Notes: a model not told the origin generated them from the sequence alone. Counted from the first letter of the stretch, positions 43,714-56,421 are shown. The stretch: 64,000 nt of DNA from Octopus vulgaris (GCA_951406725.2 OX597830.1:78802001-78866000); one strand, 5' to 3'. Made by a program: numbers and translations.

Positions 43714-43925
43714 CTAGGGTGTTACCCGTCACGTGACAGATAATTTTTGAAATATTTTTTGCCACTATGAGTAATATCATGTGATATGAAATACATGCAA
43801 TAATTGTGATTTACCATTTATCAAATTTCTTGGGGCTTAAACAAAATGATGAAATTAATACTAATTTTGAAGCGAAAAATATTTATTACTTTAAAATTAA
43901 ATATTCCAAATTTTTCATATCTATA
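43714..43925 (-). mobile_element. Helitron-like 3' end remnant
   Basis: Minus-strand hairpin TTATCTGTCACGTGACGGGTAA 4 nt before CTAG (43714-43717). Confidence 0.45.
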
Positions 43926-44100
43926 TTTGCAACATACATATATGCGTTTACATATATATGCACACATAGATAGACACACACATGCATATGTAGATAGATA
44001 GATAGACATATACGTATATATATCTACACATATATATGTGTATGTATATATATACACAAAATATGTACAAATATGCATATATATATACATACATGCATAT

Positions 44101-44155
<55 letters not shown>

Positions 44156-44365
44156 ATGATAAATATCAAAGTTAGTTATATACAGTAGCGGTAACACATC
44201 GTGACGTATTTTTGCCATTTCAATATGGCTAACCCCTAAGGGTGGATGCTACTGTAGTTTTTAGCCCCAGGAGGACACACTCCTCCAGCTGGCCATAGAC
44301 ACACTTTCTGTGTCCTGTCAGTATTTGCAAAGGGAAGTCATCCTTCCCGTCTTCAACTTATGATA

Positions 44366-44410
44366 CACACGGACTCGAGTTTCGAGGTATTGACCTCTCG
44401 TCAGCGTGTG
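44366..44410 (-). ncRNA. Canonical type I hammerhead ribozyme, copy 1
   Basis: CACACG-CUGACGA-GAGGU(CAAU)ACCUC-GAAAC-UCGA-GUC^CGUGUG. All core nucleotides intact; palindromic stem III. Confidence 0.9.
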
Positions 44411-44718
44411 ACAATCATAGTTGTCGCCGAGAATTAGATTTCCTTCACAAATACTTATACTTTTTCCAGCGTCCACTGTCGCTGATATTGAAAAAGTGAA
44501 ATCAAACAATGATAAATATCAAAGTTAGTTATATACAGTAGCGGTAACACATCGTGACGTATTTTTGCCATTTCAATATGGCTAACCCCTAAGGGTGGAT
44601 GCTACTGTAGTTTTTAGCCCCAGGAGGACACACTCCTCCAGCTGGCCATAGACACCCTTTCTGTGTCCTGTCAGTATTTGCAAAGGGAAGTCATCCTTCC
44701 CATCTTCAACTTATGATA

Positions 44719-44763
44719 CACACGGACTCGAGTTTCGAGGTATTGACCTCTCGTCAGCGTGTG
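44719..44763 (-). ncRNA. Canonical type I hammerhead ribozyme, copy 2
   Basis: Identical to copy 1, 353 nt away. Confidence 0.9.
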
Positions 44764-44996
44764 ACAATCATAGTTGTCGCCGAGTTTCAATACCTCGGAC
44801 TCGAGTTTCAATACCTCGAAACTCGAGTCCGTGTGTATCATAAGTTGAAGACGGGAAGGATGACTTCCCTTTGCAAATACTGACAGGACACAGAAAGTGT
44901 GTCTATGGCCAGCTGGAGGAGTGTGTCCTCCTGGGGCTAAAAACTACAGTAGCATCCACCCTTAGGGGTTAGCCATATTGAAATGGCAAAAATACG

Positions 44997-45058
<62 letters not shown>

Positions 45059-45203
45059 TAGTAATGCAATACTACAGTATTGCTTTCCAGTAAAGAATAG
45101 CCCGTGAGAGAAAAATACACAAAGTAGTAAATACATTAGCGTCGTATTATTACGTTCGCTATTTCCAGTAAATATCGGTACTTCGTTGTGCCATATATTT
45201 ACT

Positions 45204-45235
<32 letters not shown>

Positions 45236-45275
45236 CAAATATATATATAAATGCATAATATAAATAATATATATA

Positions 45276-45343
<68 letters not shown>

Positions 45344-45619
45344 CTTTATTTAAAGCAGCAGAAAATTCAACAAAACCTGTTACTCTGAGTTTCCCGTTGC
45401 CGGATATATGGATACAAGTTGTCACAAACAGTAAACAACATGAGAAAAGAAAACAAAGGATCTAAGTATACAAATAACAAGAGAAAAAATGGAAATCATT
45501 ATAAATAATGCAAAGAATACAAAGAATGACCCTTCATCACTTGTTGGCTGTCTATCTCCTCCCCATTTCGAGCAATCAACGACACATACATACATATATT
45601 TACATACATATACACGTAC

Positions 45620-45651
<32 letters not shown>

Positions 45652-45663
45652 GTGTGTGCGTGT

Positions 45664-45703
<40 letters not shown>

Positions 45704-45830
45704 ACACAAACTGGGACAAGAACGCAGAACATTTAGAAGACGAAACAAAAAACACGGACGGGACATTCGAAGCCTTCAATCTTCAGTCAAGAACTGGATC
45801 ATCCTCGCAATTTCGGCTACCCTTTTTGGT

Positions 45831-45910
<80 letters not shown>

Positions 45911-45964
45911 TACATTTATATCCATATATACATACAGACACACACACACACACACACACACGTA

Positions 45965-47176
45965 CACACACATGACAGAAGTAAATAAACACTCCTACAA
46001 TCGTTAAAATTTATTTAAATCTGAATTTCTACATTCAAATTTTTTATTAATCGTTATAATTTGAATATTTAACATTTAGTAGACATGCTCCTTTCATTTT
46101 CCAATGCAAGGGCCCTATTAGGCATGTTAATGATCAGATGACGAATGTTCTCTTGAGAAATTTCTTGCCAATTTTTATGCAGTAATCTCAAAAGATCTGC
46201 TTTTGAAAATATTTTCTGGTTCTTTTTATGAAGTGCCCAATCCATTATTCCCCAGAGGTGTTCAAGAGGGTTCGTATCTGGTGTGACTGGCTTGGCCATA
46301 AAAGCTTTTTAATGCCATTCTCTTTCAACAAATCTTGGGTAATTTTAGCTTTGTGACAAATATAGAGTCTTCTTTAATCATTTCACCACTTGAGAAGATT
46401 GGAATGAGTCCTTGCTGCAATCTAGACCTATATTTATCTGAGTTTATGTTTCCCTCACACTCCACCAGCTCTAATCAACCATTCCTCCAAATTGCTCCCC
46501 AGACCAACACAGAATAGCTGCCATGTTACATTGTTTGCTGTAATCTTTTCACATCAAATTCTTGATCACAGAGTCTCCAGACCCTCACACGACCACTGTC
46601 AGAAAATACACAAATCTGGACTCACCAGAGAATATGACAGCGTCCCAAAATTCTAATGGCCTCTCCGCTGGCTCAATCTTTTCTCCGCTTGATATTGGCT
46701 CGTCAAAGAAGTGGCTTCCTTCTTTCTGTTCTACCATAGTAACCAAATTTAGAGAGATACCTGACAACAGTTCTGCTATGTCAGAAGCCTTGCAACGAGG
46801 ATTATCCCCCAAAATTCTCTTAACAAAGAGAAGAGTCTTGTCAGAAAGCCCTGGTCAACCTGGGCGAGGTGATATGGACTCCTTCCACTCTCTGGTGAAT
46901 TGCACAATCACTCTATTAACTGTAGAAAGCGAGGCCCCATGATTTTCTGTGATATTATGCTTAATATGTCCACCTTCAGATTGACTCTTAATATGGCATC
47001 TTTGAAATTCAGACAGTTCCAAAGTTTCTTTTGTACATGGCATGATTAAAAAGTCACATATGGAACCTGAAACATAAAAATGTCAATTAATAAAATATAC
47101 AAATCTTTACAAGTTAGAATAAACATAATACGATGTTTTATGGGATGTCTATTTACTTCTGCCGTGTGTGTGTGTG
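45965..47176 (-). mobile_element. Degenerate Tc1-family transposon with TIRs
   Basis: TIRs CACACATGACAGAAGTAAATAAACA / TGTCTATTTACTTCTGCCGTGTG with TA flanks. Remnants ELSEFQR..SLSTVNRVI..SPRPG, FWDAVIFSGESRF, PDTNPLEHLW, MPNR..STKC. Confidence 0.85.
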
Positions 47177-48144
47177 TACAGAGTGCGGTGAATATATTGT
47201 CGTCTAAATTACGCAAAAATGAAAATAACACTAACACGGATATATTTACCAAAATTACCACGTTCTCTGGTAATGAGATAGAGATAGCTGTGAACGTAAG
47301 CAGCCCAAACGACTTCCATAAGATAGCCTTATGAAAATATAGACATTCTATGATTCTGGAAACGACAGATAAAAAATGTATCGATCAGGTACTGTGACCG
47401 ATCTAACAGAGTCTTTCCTCCTTCACCTCTCACTCCTCTCCTCCTTCACCACTCACTCCTCACGCCACTTCCCGTCTACTTCATCCGTCTCTCCGGGATC
47501 GGTAAAGTAAAGTACCAGTCAAGTAATGGAATCGATTCAATCGACTAAGCCCCTCTTTCACCTAAATTTCAGGGTAGCGTCGGTCAAAATAATTGAGTTC
47601 AAATTTCTGTGTTCAAACTTCACAGAGGTCGAAGCAGAGATCAATTTAATCGACTAAAAATACGCTTCGATTTTCTGCATTGGGTCTATTAAAAAATAAT
47701 GACGACGAACTTGCCGAATCTTAAGCGCATCGCACAAAATGCTGAGCCACATTTGTTCTAGTTCTTAAATGTTCAGTAGTCAAATACCACCAAAGTCAAC
47801 TTTGCTTTGCATTCTTTCGCGGTCGATGAAACAATGTACCAGTCATGTACTGGGGTCGATGTAATCAACTTGCTCCCTTCCTTCGAAATTACTGACCTCA
47901 TGCCAAAGTTAAGAATAGTTATTATAAAGAAAATATTTTTATTGATCATGTTGTTGTTATTGTGATTGTAACCATTTCTTATCGTTGCTTCTATCTTTCG
48001 TTTATTTCAGCAAATTTGCCAAATTCTCCACTATGGACGATTGCAATCTCATTTTTACGAAATGAAATCATTCATACGGTCGAAATTCATGCTTAAATCT
48101 TCCTCATTTCCTCACTCGCTTTCTATCCCTCACTCTTTTCCCTA

Positions 48145-48201
<57 letters not shown>

Positions 48202-48544
48202 TTTCTCTCTCTCTTTTATTCCCGTCCTCTATCTTTCTGTCTCTACTTCTTCCGTTCCGTCTATCTTACGCTTCAGTTGGCAGCTGTGTTACTTGTGGCA
48301 ATCTCGCGAGACTCTCGTTTTAGATATCGCTGTGTTTCACATGGGATTTCACAGGGAAAATTTCTGGGATGGAGCGACGAGAAAGAGGGGTGGGGTGAGG
48401 AAGAGGAGAAGACGGTGTTGGTGGCGACGGCACTGGTGGTGGAGAAAGGGAGGAGGAAAGAAAGTTTGGATGAAACGAAGTGGAGAAACGGGTCTGCGAG
48501 ATAGCGAAAGGAACGATAAAGAAGAATTTAGAGAGATTGAGAGA

Positions 48545-48616
<72 letters not shown>

Positions 48617-48629
48617 CAGCAGCAGTAGC

Positions 48630-48667
<38 letters not shown>

Positions 48668-49290
48668 CAGCAGCAGCAGCAGCAGCAGCAGTAGGAGGAG
48701 GAGGAGGAGGGGTGCGGAAGAAGGGGAGGCGGAGGAGGAAAGGGAAGAAGAAGAAGAAGAGGCGGAGGAGGAAGAGGAAGAGGAAGAAGAAGACAAAGAA
48801 GAAGAGGCGGAGGAGGAGGAAGAAGAAGAAGAGGCGGAGGAGGAGGAAGAAGAAGAAGAAGAAGAGGCGGAGGAGGAGGAGGAAGAAGAAGAAGAAGAGG
48901 CGGAGGAGGAGGAGGAAGAAGAAGAAGAAGAAGAAGAAGAAGAAGAGGCGGAGGAGGAGGAAGAAGAAGAAGAAGAAGAAGAAGAAGAAGAGGAGGAGGA
49001 GAAGAAGAAGAAGAAGAAGAAGAAGAAGAGGCGGAGGAGGAGGAGGAAGAAGAAGAAGAAGAAGAAGAGGCGGAGGAGGAGGAAGAAGAAGAAGAAGAAG
49101 AAGAAGAAGAAGAAGAGGCGGAGGAGGAGGAAGAAGAAGAAGAAGAAGAAGAAAAAGAAGAAGAAGAAGAAAAGGTGGAGGAGGAGGGGGAAGAAGAAGA
49201 GGCGGAGGAGGAGGAGAAGGAGGAGGAACAGCAGCAGCAGCAGCTGCAGTAGTAGTAGTAGTATTAGTAGCAGTAGCAGCAGTAGTAGGG
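48545..49290. repeat. (TAG/CAG)n and (GAA/GAG)n purine-rich tract with GAGGCGGAG punctuation
   Basis: Simple repeats visible directly. Confidence 0.95.
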
Positions 49291-50058
49291 CATGTTGACG
49301 ACCGAGTGAACACGCGTAGCCAAGTGGTTAAGGTAGTCTGATTCATGATCCTAAGGATACAGGTTCAATCTCTTGACTGATTGGAATGTTGTGTCCTTGA
49401 GCAAGGCACTCACTACATTTCACTACATTTCACTACATTGCTCTAACCTATTCAGTTGCAAAAATGTACCAACTTGATGCTCATGGTGCTCGCCTTCTCT
49501 CTCACTCTCTCTCTCTCTCTACTTCTCTCTGCTCTTCTTTCTTTCTCTCCTTCCAGTTGTCACACCCTGGCTGTTCCTCTGATTCAAGGGCCCGTGAGGA
49601 TGTCTAAACCTCGACGTGACAACATAGGCACCTAAAGTAATTGACGAAAGCATGGTACGTGTTACAGATCTTTTCTGTTCGGATGCACTTTTTTTTTTTT
49701 TTTTGAAATTTTAAAATTAAGTGAAAATTTTCAAATTTGGTGTATTGATGTAATTTTTCACGCTGAATCTCACGTCCTAAATCACATGTTCCAGAAAATT
49801 TTCTAAAAAAGAGTTGCAGAGGTTTAAATCTTGATCATTTGGAAGCTGTCATTTTGTGCGTCACTGCACGTATACTCAGCATTGCAACAATAGCATGTGT
49901 TTTTAATATCAAATTGTAAACAAATGAAACATTGGCGGAATGCTGCTTTATGGCAAAGAAAAGAGGAAGGTAACAGGTGGTCGTGAGATGTGCTAAAAAT
50001 AACAGCTAAATCGCCCTTAAGTTACAGACATAATTTTTTCTTTATTCTTTTGCATATA

Positions 50059-50415
50059 GGCGCAGGAGTGGCTGCGTCGTAAGTAGCTTGGCACCTTGAG
50101 CAAGTGACTTCTATAACCTCAGGCCGACCAAAGCCTTGTGTGAGTGGATTTGCTAGAAGGAAACTGAAAGAAGCCCGTCGTATGTATGTGTGTGTGTGTG
50201 TTTGCGTGTCTGTTTTTGTCCCCCTCCTTACACATACACCATCGCTTGACTACCGATGTTGGTGTGTTTACGTCCCCGTAACTTAGTGGTTCGGCAAAAG
50301 AGACTGATAGAATATGTACTAGGCTTACAAATAATAAGTCCTTGAACCGATTTGTTTGTATAAAGGCAATGCTCCAGCTTGACAGCAGTCAAATGACTGA
50401 AACAAGTAAAAGAAT
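50059..50415 (+). mobile_element. SINE family B, internally deleted
   Basis: Matches the B consensus. Confidence 0.8.
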
Positions 50416-51009
50416 AGAATAAAAGAATCTTATGAAATTCCATGTTTAGAACACAAATGTGTGCAAGCATTTTCTGAAAATTCAAAAAATAAAAAATAAA
50501 TTATTAGGGGTTTATATGGGATGCTCAAATCAGAATTCCGTCCCGTAACGTATTATACAACTATTCTTCACTTAGGTTTTTGTCAATCAGACAGACTAAT
50601 TGTAACGCACAAACAGGAAGATGGATACAGTTCGATATAGTTCCTATGGAAACATCTTCGCAGTTTTGTATTTTCAAAATACTGCGAAGATGTTTCCATA
50701 GGAACTATATCGAACTGTATCCGTCTTCCTGTTTGTGTTACAATTTGTCTGTCTGATTGACAAAAACCAAAGAGAAGATTAGTTGTATGATACATTACGG
50801 GGCGGAATTCTGATTTGAGCATCCCATATAAACCCCTAATAATTTTTTTTTTAATTCAGAAAATGCTTGCACACATTTGTGTTCTAAACATGGAATTTCA
50901 TAAGATTCTTTTATTCTATTCTTTTACTTGTTTCAGTCATTTGACTGCTGCCATGCTTGAGCATTGCCTTTAGACAAACAAACCGGTTCAAGGACTTATT
51001 ATTTGTAAG
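50324..51009. repeat. Large fold-back palindrome, ~340-bp arms
   Basis: CTTACAAATAATAAGTCCTTGAACCG...GGAAACATCTTCGCAGT is mirrored by ACTGCGAAGATGTTTCC...CGGTTCAAGGACTTATTATTTGTAAG. Centre ~50672; scattered mismatches. Confidence 0.95.
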
Positions 51010-51063
51010 AAGATAAATACAAAAAAATGGTAATGCGCTTAAAGATTTACATTTATAAAAATG

Positions 51064-51157
51064 TGCCCCAGGTGAGGATCGAACTCACGACCTTCAGATT
51101 CCTCTGCTCTTACACTTGATTATGAGACTGACGCGCTGCTTACTGCGCTACCGAGGC
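51064..51157 (-). tRNA. tRNA-Met(CAT), elongator, 21-nt intron (51100-51120); D-loop G18A variant, possibly impaired
   Basis: GCCTCGGTAGCGCAGTAAGCAGCGCGTCAGTCTCATA-[ATCAAGTGTAAGAGCAGAGGA]-ATCTGAAGGTCGTGAGTTCGATCCTCACCTGGGGCA; T-run terminator. Confidence 0.85.
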
Positions 51158-51278
51158 CCCTGGGTAACGAGCACTCGTTTTGAGATAATAATCTTGATGT
51201 ATTTAGTATTGTATGTGTATGTGTGTATACGTGCGCACATGCGACTACATTTGTGTGTGTGTCTGTATGTTTGTGTTT

Positions 51279-51321
<43 letters not shown>

Positions 51322-51774
51322 TATGTATGTATGTGGGGGGATATAAGTTTTAATACACATAACTGTAGGTGTAGAAGTATTTGAATGTATGTATGGATGA
51401 CTGAGTGACAAAGTTATACAGTAATTGTTCTCTATCTGGGCTGACCTGGGGCTAAACAACAACAGCAATACCAACAAATACCATTATCTAACAAGATCTA
51501 AGATGGGAGAAACTACTCGATTGGTCGACCTGCTAAAAATAACAGCCAAATCGCTTTCGTGTCACAACATGATGGTTTTTAAAATGTGTATGCTCGTTAG
51601 ATGTTGTAGTTCCAGATACACTGTGTCTGATTGAAGACGAGATAGGCACGGTTGGATTGCCATTGATCATACAACAGTAGTATATAAAAGCTGTCCTCCA
51701 TTGCTGTCCCCCTAATATTTACCAAGTGCAGCAGGATGGTTATGGTTGGAACGCTTTTGATCATAAGTCTGTAA

Positions 51775-51963
51775 GGCGCAGGAGTGGCTATGTGGTAAGT
51801 AGCTTGCTTACCAACCACATGGTTCCGGGTTCATTCCCACTGCGTGGCACCTTGGGCAAGTATCTTCTACTATAGCCTCGGACCGACCAAAGCCTTGTGA
51901 ATGGATTTGGTAGACAGAAACTGAAAGAAGCCCGTCGTATATATGTGTATATGTGTGTGTGTA

Positions 51964-52027
<64 letters not shown>

Positions 52028-52230
52028 TGTGTCTGTGTTTGTTCCCCCAATATCACTTGACAACCGATAGTGGTGTATTTACGTCCCTGTAACTTAGCGG
52101 TTCGGCAAAAGAGAACGATAGAATAAGTACCAGGCTTCCAAAAAATAAGTCCTGGGGTCGATTTGCTCGACTAAAGGCGCTGCTCCAACATGGCGACAGT
52201 CAAATGACTGAAACAAGTAAAAGAGTAAAA
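51775..52230 (+). mobile_element. SINE family B, full length
   Basis: Matches the B consensus. Confidence 0.85.
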
Positions 52231-52249
52231 GTGTAAAAGAGTATGTGCC

Positions 52250-52640
52250 AATCGGTTACCTGGTTGTAAGCTGTCATGGGATGTAGCATTAAAGAGAAAA
52301 AGGCAGGGGATCTGTCGATGTATGGACAACCAGTTTTGATAGTGTGGAGTTACGTGCAGCAAAATGGCTTGGTAACCATGGTGTATTATGTTATCAGCAA
52401 TCGGAGTAAACAATCCAACCGTTGAAGTCTCCAGATTTGACAGAAAAGAAAAGTGTCGCGTAACCATCCCATGCCCTCCAGATAATATATTTATGGCGGG
52501 GCAGGTTTACGGGATGGGCTATTGACCCTGTACAGAATCCACGTTCGTTCAAAAATGTGGTACCACCGATTTATTTTCCACTTTCTCGATATTACTGTTG
52601 TGCAATTATGGTGTAATGAACCTGCAGCAGGAATATTCAG
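52250..52640 (+). pseudogene. piggyBac-type transposase fragment
   Basis: Remnants VEVSRFDRKEKCRVTIPCP and LYRIHVRSKMWYHRFIFHFLDITVVQLW (YR..RSKKWY..FF..LD..V.N.W motif). Confidence 0.75.
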
Positions 52641-52764
52641 CAATCGTCCGATGTCGCTGTTCGCTAGAATTTTGCCCACATTTTACAAAAGGAATGGTAG
52701 TACCTTAAATTATTAACAAAATGAATGGTAGTACCTTAAAAAGTTATTTTATTTTTAAAAAATG

Positions 52765-52858
52765 TGCCCCAGGTGAGGATCGAACTCACGACCTTCAGAT
52801 ACCTCTATATTGTTATTTGATTATGAGACTGACGCGCTGCCTACTGCGCTACCGAGGC
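52765..52858 (-). tRNA. tRNA-Met(CAT), elongator, 21-nt intron
   Basis: Intact cloverleaf (G1-C72, D stem GCGC, T loop TTCGATC); intron ATCAAATAACAATATAGAGGT after position 37; T-run terminator. Confidence 0.93.
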
Positions 52859-53086
52859 CACTGATTAATACCGTTCTATTTTGTGGCAATAGTCTTGATA
52901 CAGTGTTTGTGTGTATATAATTGTAGGTGCGTGTGATTATGCGGGTGATTAACTTACGTGACTCTGTGGGTGTATGTGTGTGTACGTATGCACCAGTTTG
53001 GTTTTCATTTGAATATACGTGTGCTTGCGCTGCAAGTATGTACGAGTGTACGATCGTATGAATTCCCGTGTTTAGAACACAAATGT

Positions 53087-53520
53087 GGGATCTTTTCGGT
53101 TTGAACGGCAGTTTTTTCTAGCGATGTCATATGAAAATGTCACCCATAATTATGACCCTTGTATCGATCTATTGCATTTCAATCTGTTTCAGGGTTAGGG
53201 TTAGGGCTACGGTTAGGGGTGGGGGGAAGGGTATCTCTTTTTTCTTCAGAAATGTAAATAAACCTAATCTGTTTCTTAAACGAGGGACATATTCATACGG
53301 CACAGAATGTTTTCAGCCCAATAGACGGTCATTGATTGGTTGAAACTGCAGAAATTGAAGGAAAAAAAAACAACAAATATCTTACAAACTATAGAATTTT
53401 CTCAATAAAACAAAGAGAAAAAGATGTTTTATAAACATATTCTCTCATTATACGAAGTTTAAAATTTTTTAGTTACCTAGAAATTATGTTAAAAACTGCC
53501 GTTCAAACTGAAAAGATCCC
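53087..53520. mobile_element. 434-bp MITE with ~30-bp TIRs and 6-bp TSD (AAATGT)
   Basis: TIR GGGATCTTTTCGGTTTGAACGGCAGTTTTT / AAAAACTGCCGTTCAAACTGAAAAGATCCC. Empty site ACACAAATGTGTGC in paralogous units (~55471, ~57388). Confidence 0.92.
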
Positions 53521-54430
53521 AAATGTGTGCAAGCATTTTCTGGAAATTCCAAAAAATATAAAAAATTATTAGGGGTTATATGGGATGAAAATCACGACTT
53601 CATATTAAATGGGCTCCAGCGAGGTTCGTTTCTTTTGGCGCACTTTCTCTTGAGCCTATGAACTCAGTACATCGTGACTACTAGTTGTGGTGGTGGTGGT
53701 AGTGGTGGTGGTTTTGGTGGTGGTGGTGGTGGTGGTGGTGGTGGTGGAGAATGGGAGGGGAAAGAAAGTTTTAATCGACTAAAAATACGCTTCGAATTCC
53801 TGCATTGAGTCTATTAAAAAATAATGACGACGAACTTGCCGAATCTTAAGCGCATCGCACAAAATGCTGAGCCACATTTGTTCTAGTTCTTAATGTTCAG
53901 AAGTCAAACACCGCCAAAGTCAACTTTGCTTTGCATTCTTTCGAGGTCGATAAAACAATGTACCAGTCATGTACTGGAGTCGATGTCATCAACTTGTTGG
54001 CTTATAGATACGATGGACGGCAGTTGACAACATAAAGGCAAGGAACAGCCAGGAGAGGAAAGACATTAGAAGTCAGTAACCGTCAAGTATAAACCAAGAA
54101 CAAAAACCCTCTCGTCGTTTTGCCGTTCGTATTAACAACTTTCGTTATTTTTTGTTGGGGTCGGGGTTCGAAAAGAATAAAATTCTGCTTATTAAAAATC
54201 CCAACAGACGCCAGTCTTCGTTTTCGTAGACCCGAGAATGTATCAAATGAGACCTGAGAATGTATCAAATGTAAAGCTAAGAGATTTCAAAGTGAGCATG
54301 ACTGAGTCACTCATGAGATCAGGTGAATCCAAGTCAACCAAATGAGGACGCCCATCACTAAGCAAAGTGGAAAGACAAACGCCGACCGAAAAGTACAGAG
54401 GACCGACAGATCCTATGCCAAACAGCTTAA

Positions 54431-54513
<83 letters not shown>

Positions 54514-55162
54514 ATCTATGTATGTTTGTATGTATGTTTGTATGTATGTATGTCATATTTTCCGTGTGATATATATACGACGAGCTTCTTTCAGTTTCTG
54601 TCTACCAAATCCACTCTCAAGGCATTATTAGGCCCGACACTATAGTAGAAGACACATGCCCAAGATGCCTCACAGTGGGTCCGAACCCAGAACCATGTGG
54701 TCGAGAAGCAACTTATTATAGGCAACCTATTACAGGTACAGACGTGGTTGCGTGGTTTCTTACAACACAGCCACGCCTATAGCTATAATAGGGTTTTTAA
54801 AACATCGAATGTCTATGAGGGTACGTCTGTGTAAAACAGGAACCAAAGCGGTCCACTGGTAAAAAAAATAGTTGAGAGTCATTGGCCAAAAGGCCCTTTT
54901 CAGCTCTGGCTTTTACTAAAAATGAATTTTTGTTGTGTGTCCTTAATTATTCTTCCAGCATAGGGTTAACAGGGTATTTACAAAGAGAAGTAAGCAGAAG
55001 TCGACTTCGCTGTTAATACTTTCGGAATCGATGAAATAAGAGGTTCAATACAGGAATCGATGTAATCGATTAGCTCTCCTCTCGTTGTGCCTATCGCAGA
55101 AAAAATATTTACAAAGGGAATGGTAGTACCTTAAAAAGATTTTTTATTTGAAAAAAAAAATG

Positions 55163-55256
55163 TGCCCCAGGTGAGGATCGAACTCACGGCCTTCAGATAC
55201 CTCTGCCTTGTTATTTGATTATGAGACTGACGCGCTGCCTACTGCGCTACCGAGGC
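55163..55256 (-). tRNA. tRNA-Met(CAT), elongator, 21-nt intron (variable-loop U47C variant)
   Basis: Intron ATCAAATAACAAGGCAGAGGT; T-run terminator. Confidence 0.92.
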
Positions 55257-56365
55257 CACTGATTAATACCGTTCTATTTTGTGTCAATAGTCTTGATACA
55301 GTGTTTGTGTGTATATAATTGTAGGTGCGTGTGATTATGCGGGTGATTAACTTACGTGACTCTGTGGATGTATGTGTGTGTACGTATGCACCAGTTTGGT
55401 TTTCATTTGAATATACGTGTGCTTGCGTTGCAAGTATGTACGAGTGTATGAATTCCCGTGTTTAGAACACAAATGTGTGCAAGCATTTTCTGGAAATTCC
55501 AAAGAAATATAAAAAAAAATTAGGGGTTATATGGGATGAAAATCACGACTTCACGTTAAGTAGGCTCCAGCGACGTTCCTCTCTTTTTTGGCACACTTTC
55601 TCTTGAGCCTATGAACTCAGTACATCGCGACTACTAGTGGTGGTGGTGGTGGTGGTGGTGGTGGTGGTGGTGGTGGTGGTGGTGGTGGTGGAGAATGGGA
55701 GGGGAAAGAAAGTTTTAATCGACTAAAAATACGCTTCGAATTTCTGCATTGGGTCTATTAAAAAATAATGACGACGAACTTGCCGAATTTTAAGCGCATC
55801 GCACAAAATGCTGAGCCACATTTGTTCTAGTTCGTAATGTTCAGAAGTCAAATACCGTCATAGTCAACGTTGCTTTGCATTCTTTCAAGGTCGATAAAGC
55901 AATATACCAGTCATGTACTGGGGTCGATGTCATTAACTTGTTGGCTTATAGATACAATGGACGGCAGCTGACAACATAAAGGCAAGGAACAGTCAGAAGA
56001 GGAAGGACATTAGAAGTCAGTAACCGACAAGTATAAATCAAGAACAAAAACTCTCTCGTCGTTTTGCCGTTCGTAATAACGACACCTTTCGTTTTATTTA
56101 TTTATTTTTTTTGTGTGGTGGGTACGAAAAGAATAAAATTTTCTTTATCAAAAATCCCAACAGAAGCCAGTCTTCGTTTTCGTACAGACCTGAGAATGTA
56201 TCAAATGTAAAGCTAAGAGATTTCAAAGTGAGCATGACTGAGTCACTCATGAGATCAGGTGAATCCAAGTCAACCAAATGAGGACGCCCATCACCAAGCA
56301 AAGTGAAAAGACAAACGCTGACCGAAAAGTACAGAGGACCGACAGCTCCTATGCCAAACAGGTTA

Positions 56366-56421
<56 letters not shown>

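Larger units (their letters stand above)
44157..44999 (-). mobile_element. Hammerhead-containing tandem repeat (353-bp period) plus inverted truncated copy; retrozyme / Penelope pLTR-like
   Basis: Near-identical direct repeats start at ~44157 and ~44509; inverted copy 44809-44999; embedded in (TA)n. Confidence 0.9.

Noticed and set aside
48480-49346. 272-aa poly-S/E/K/R ORF resembling an acidic or protamine-like protein
   Set aside because: Pure simple repeat open in several frames on both strands; no splice or codon evidence.
53190-53220. Interstitial telomere / chromosome fusion site
   Set aside because: Only 3-4 imperfect units, and they lie inside a MITE.
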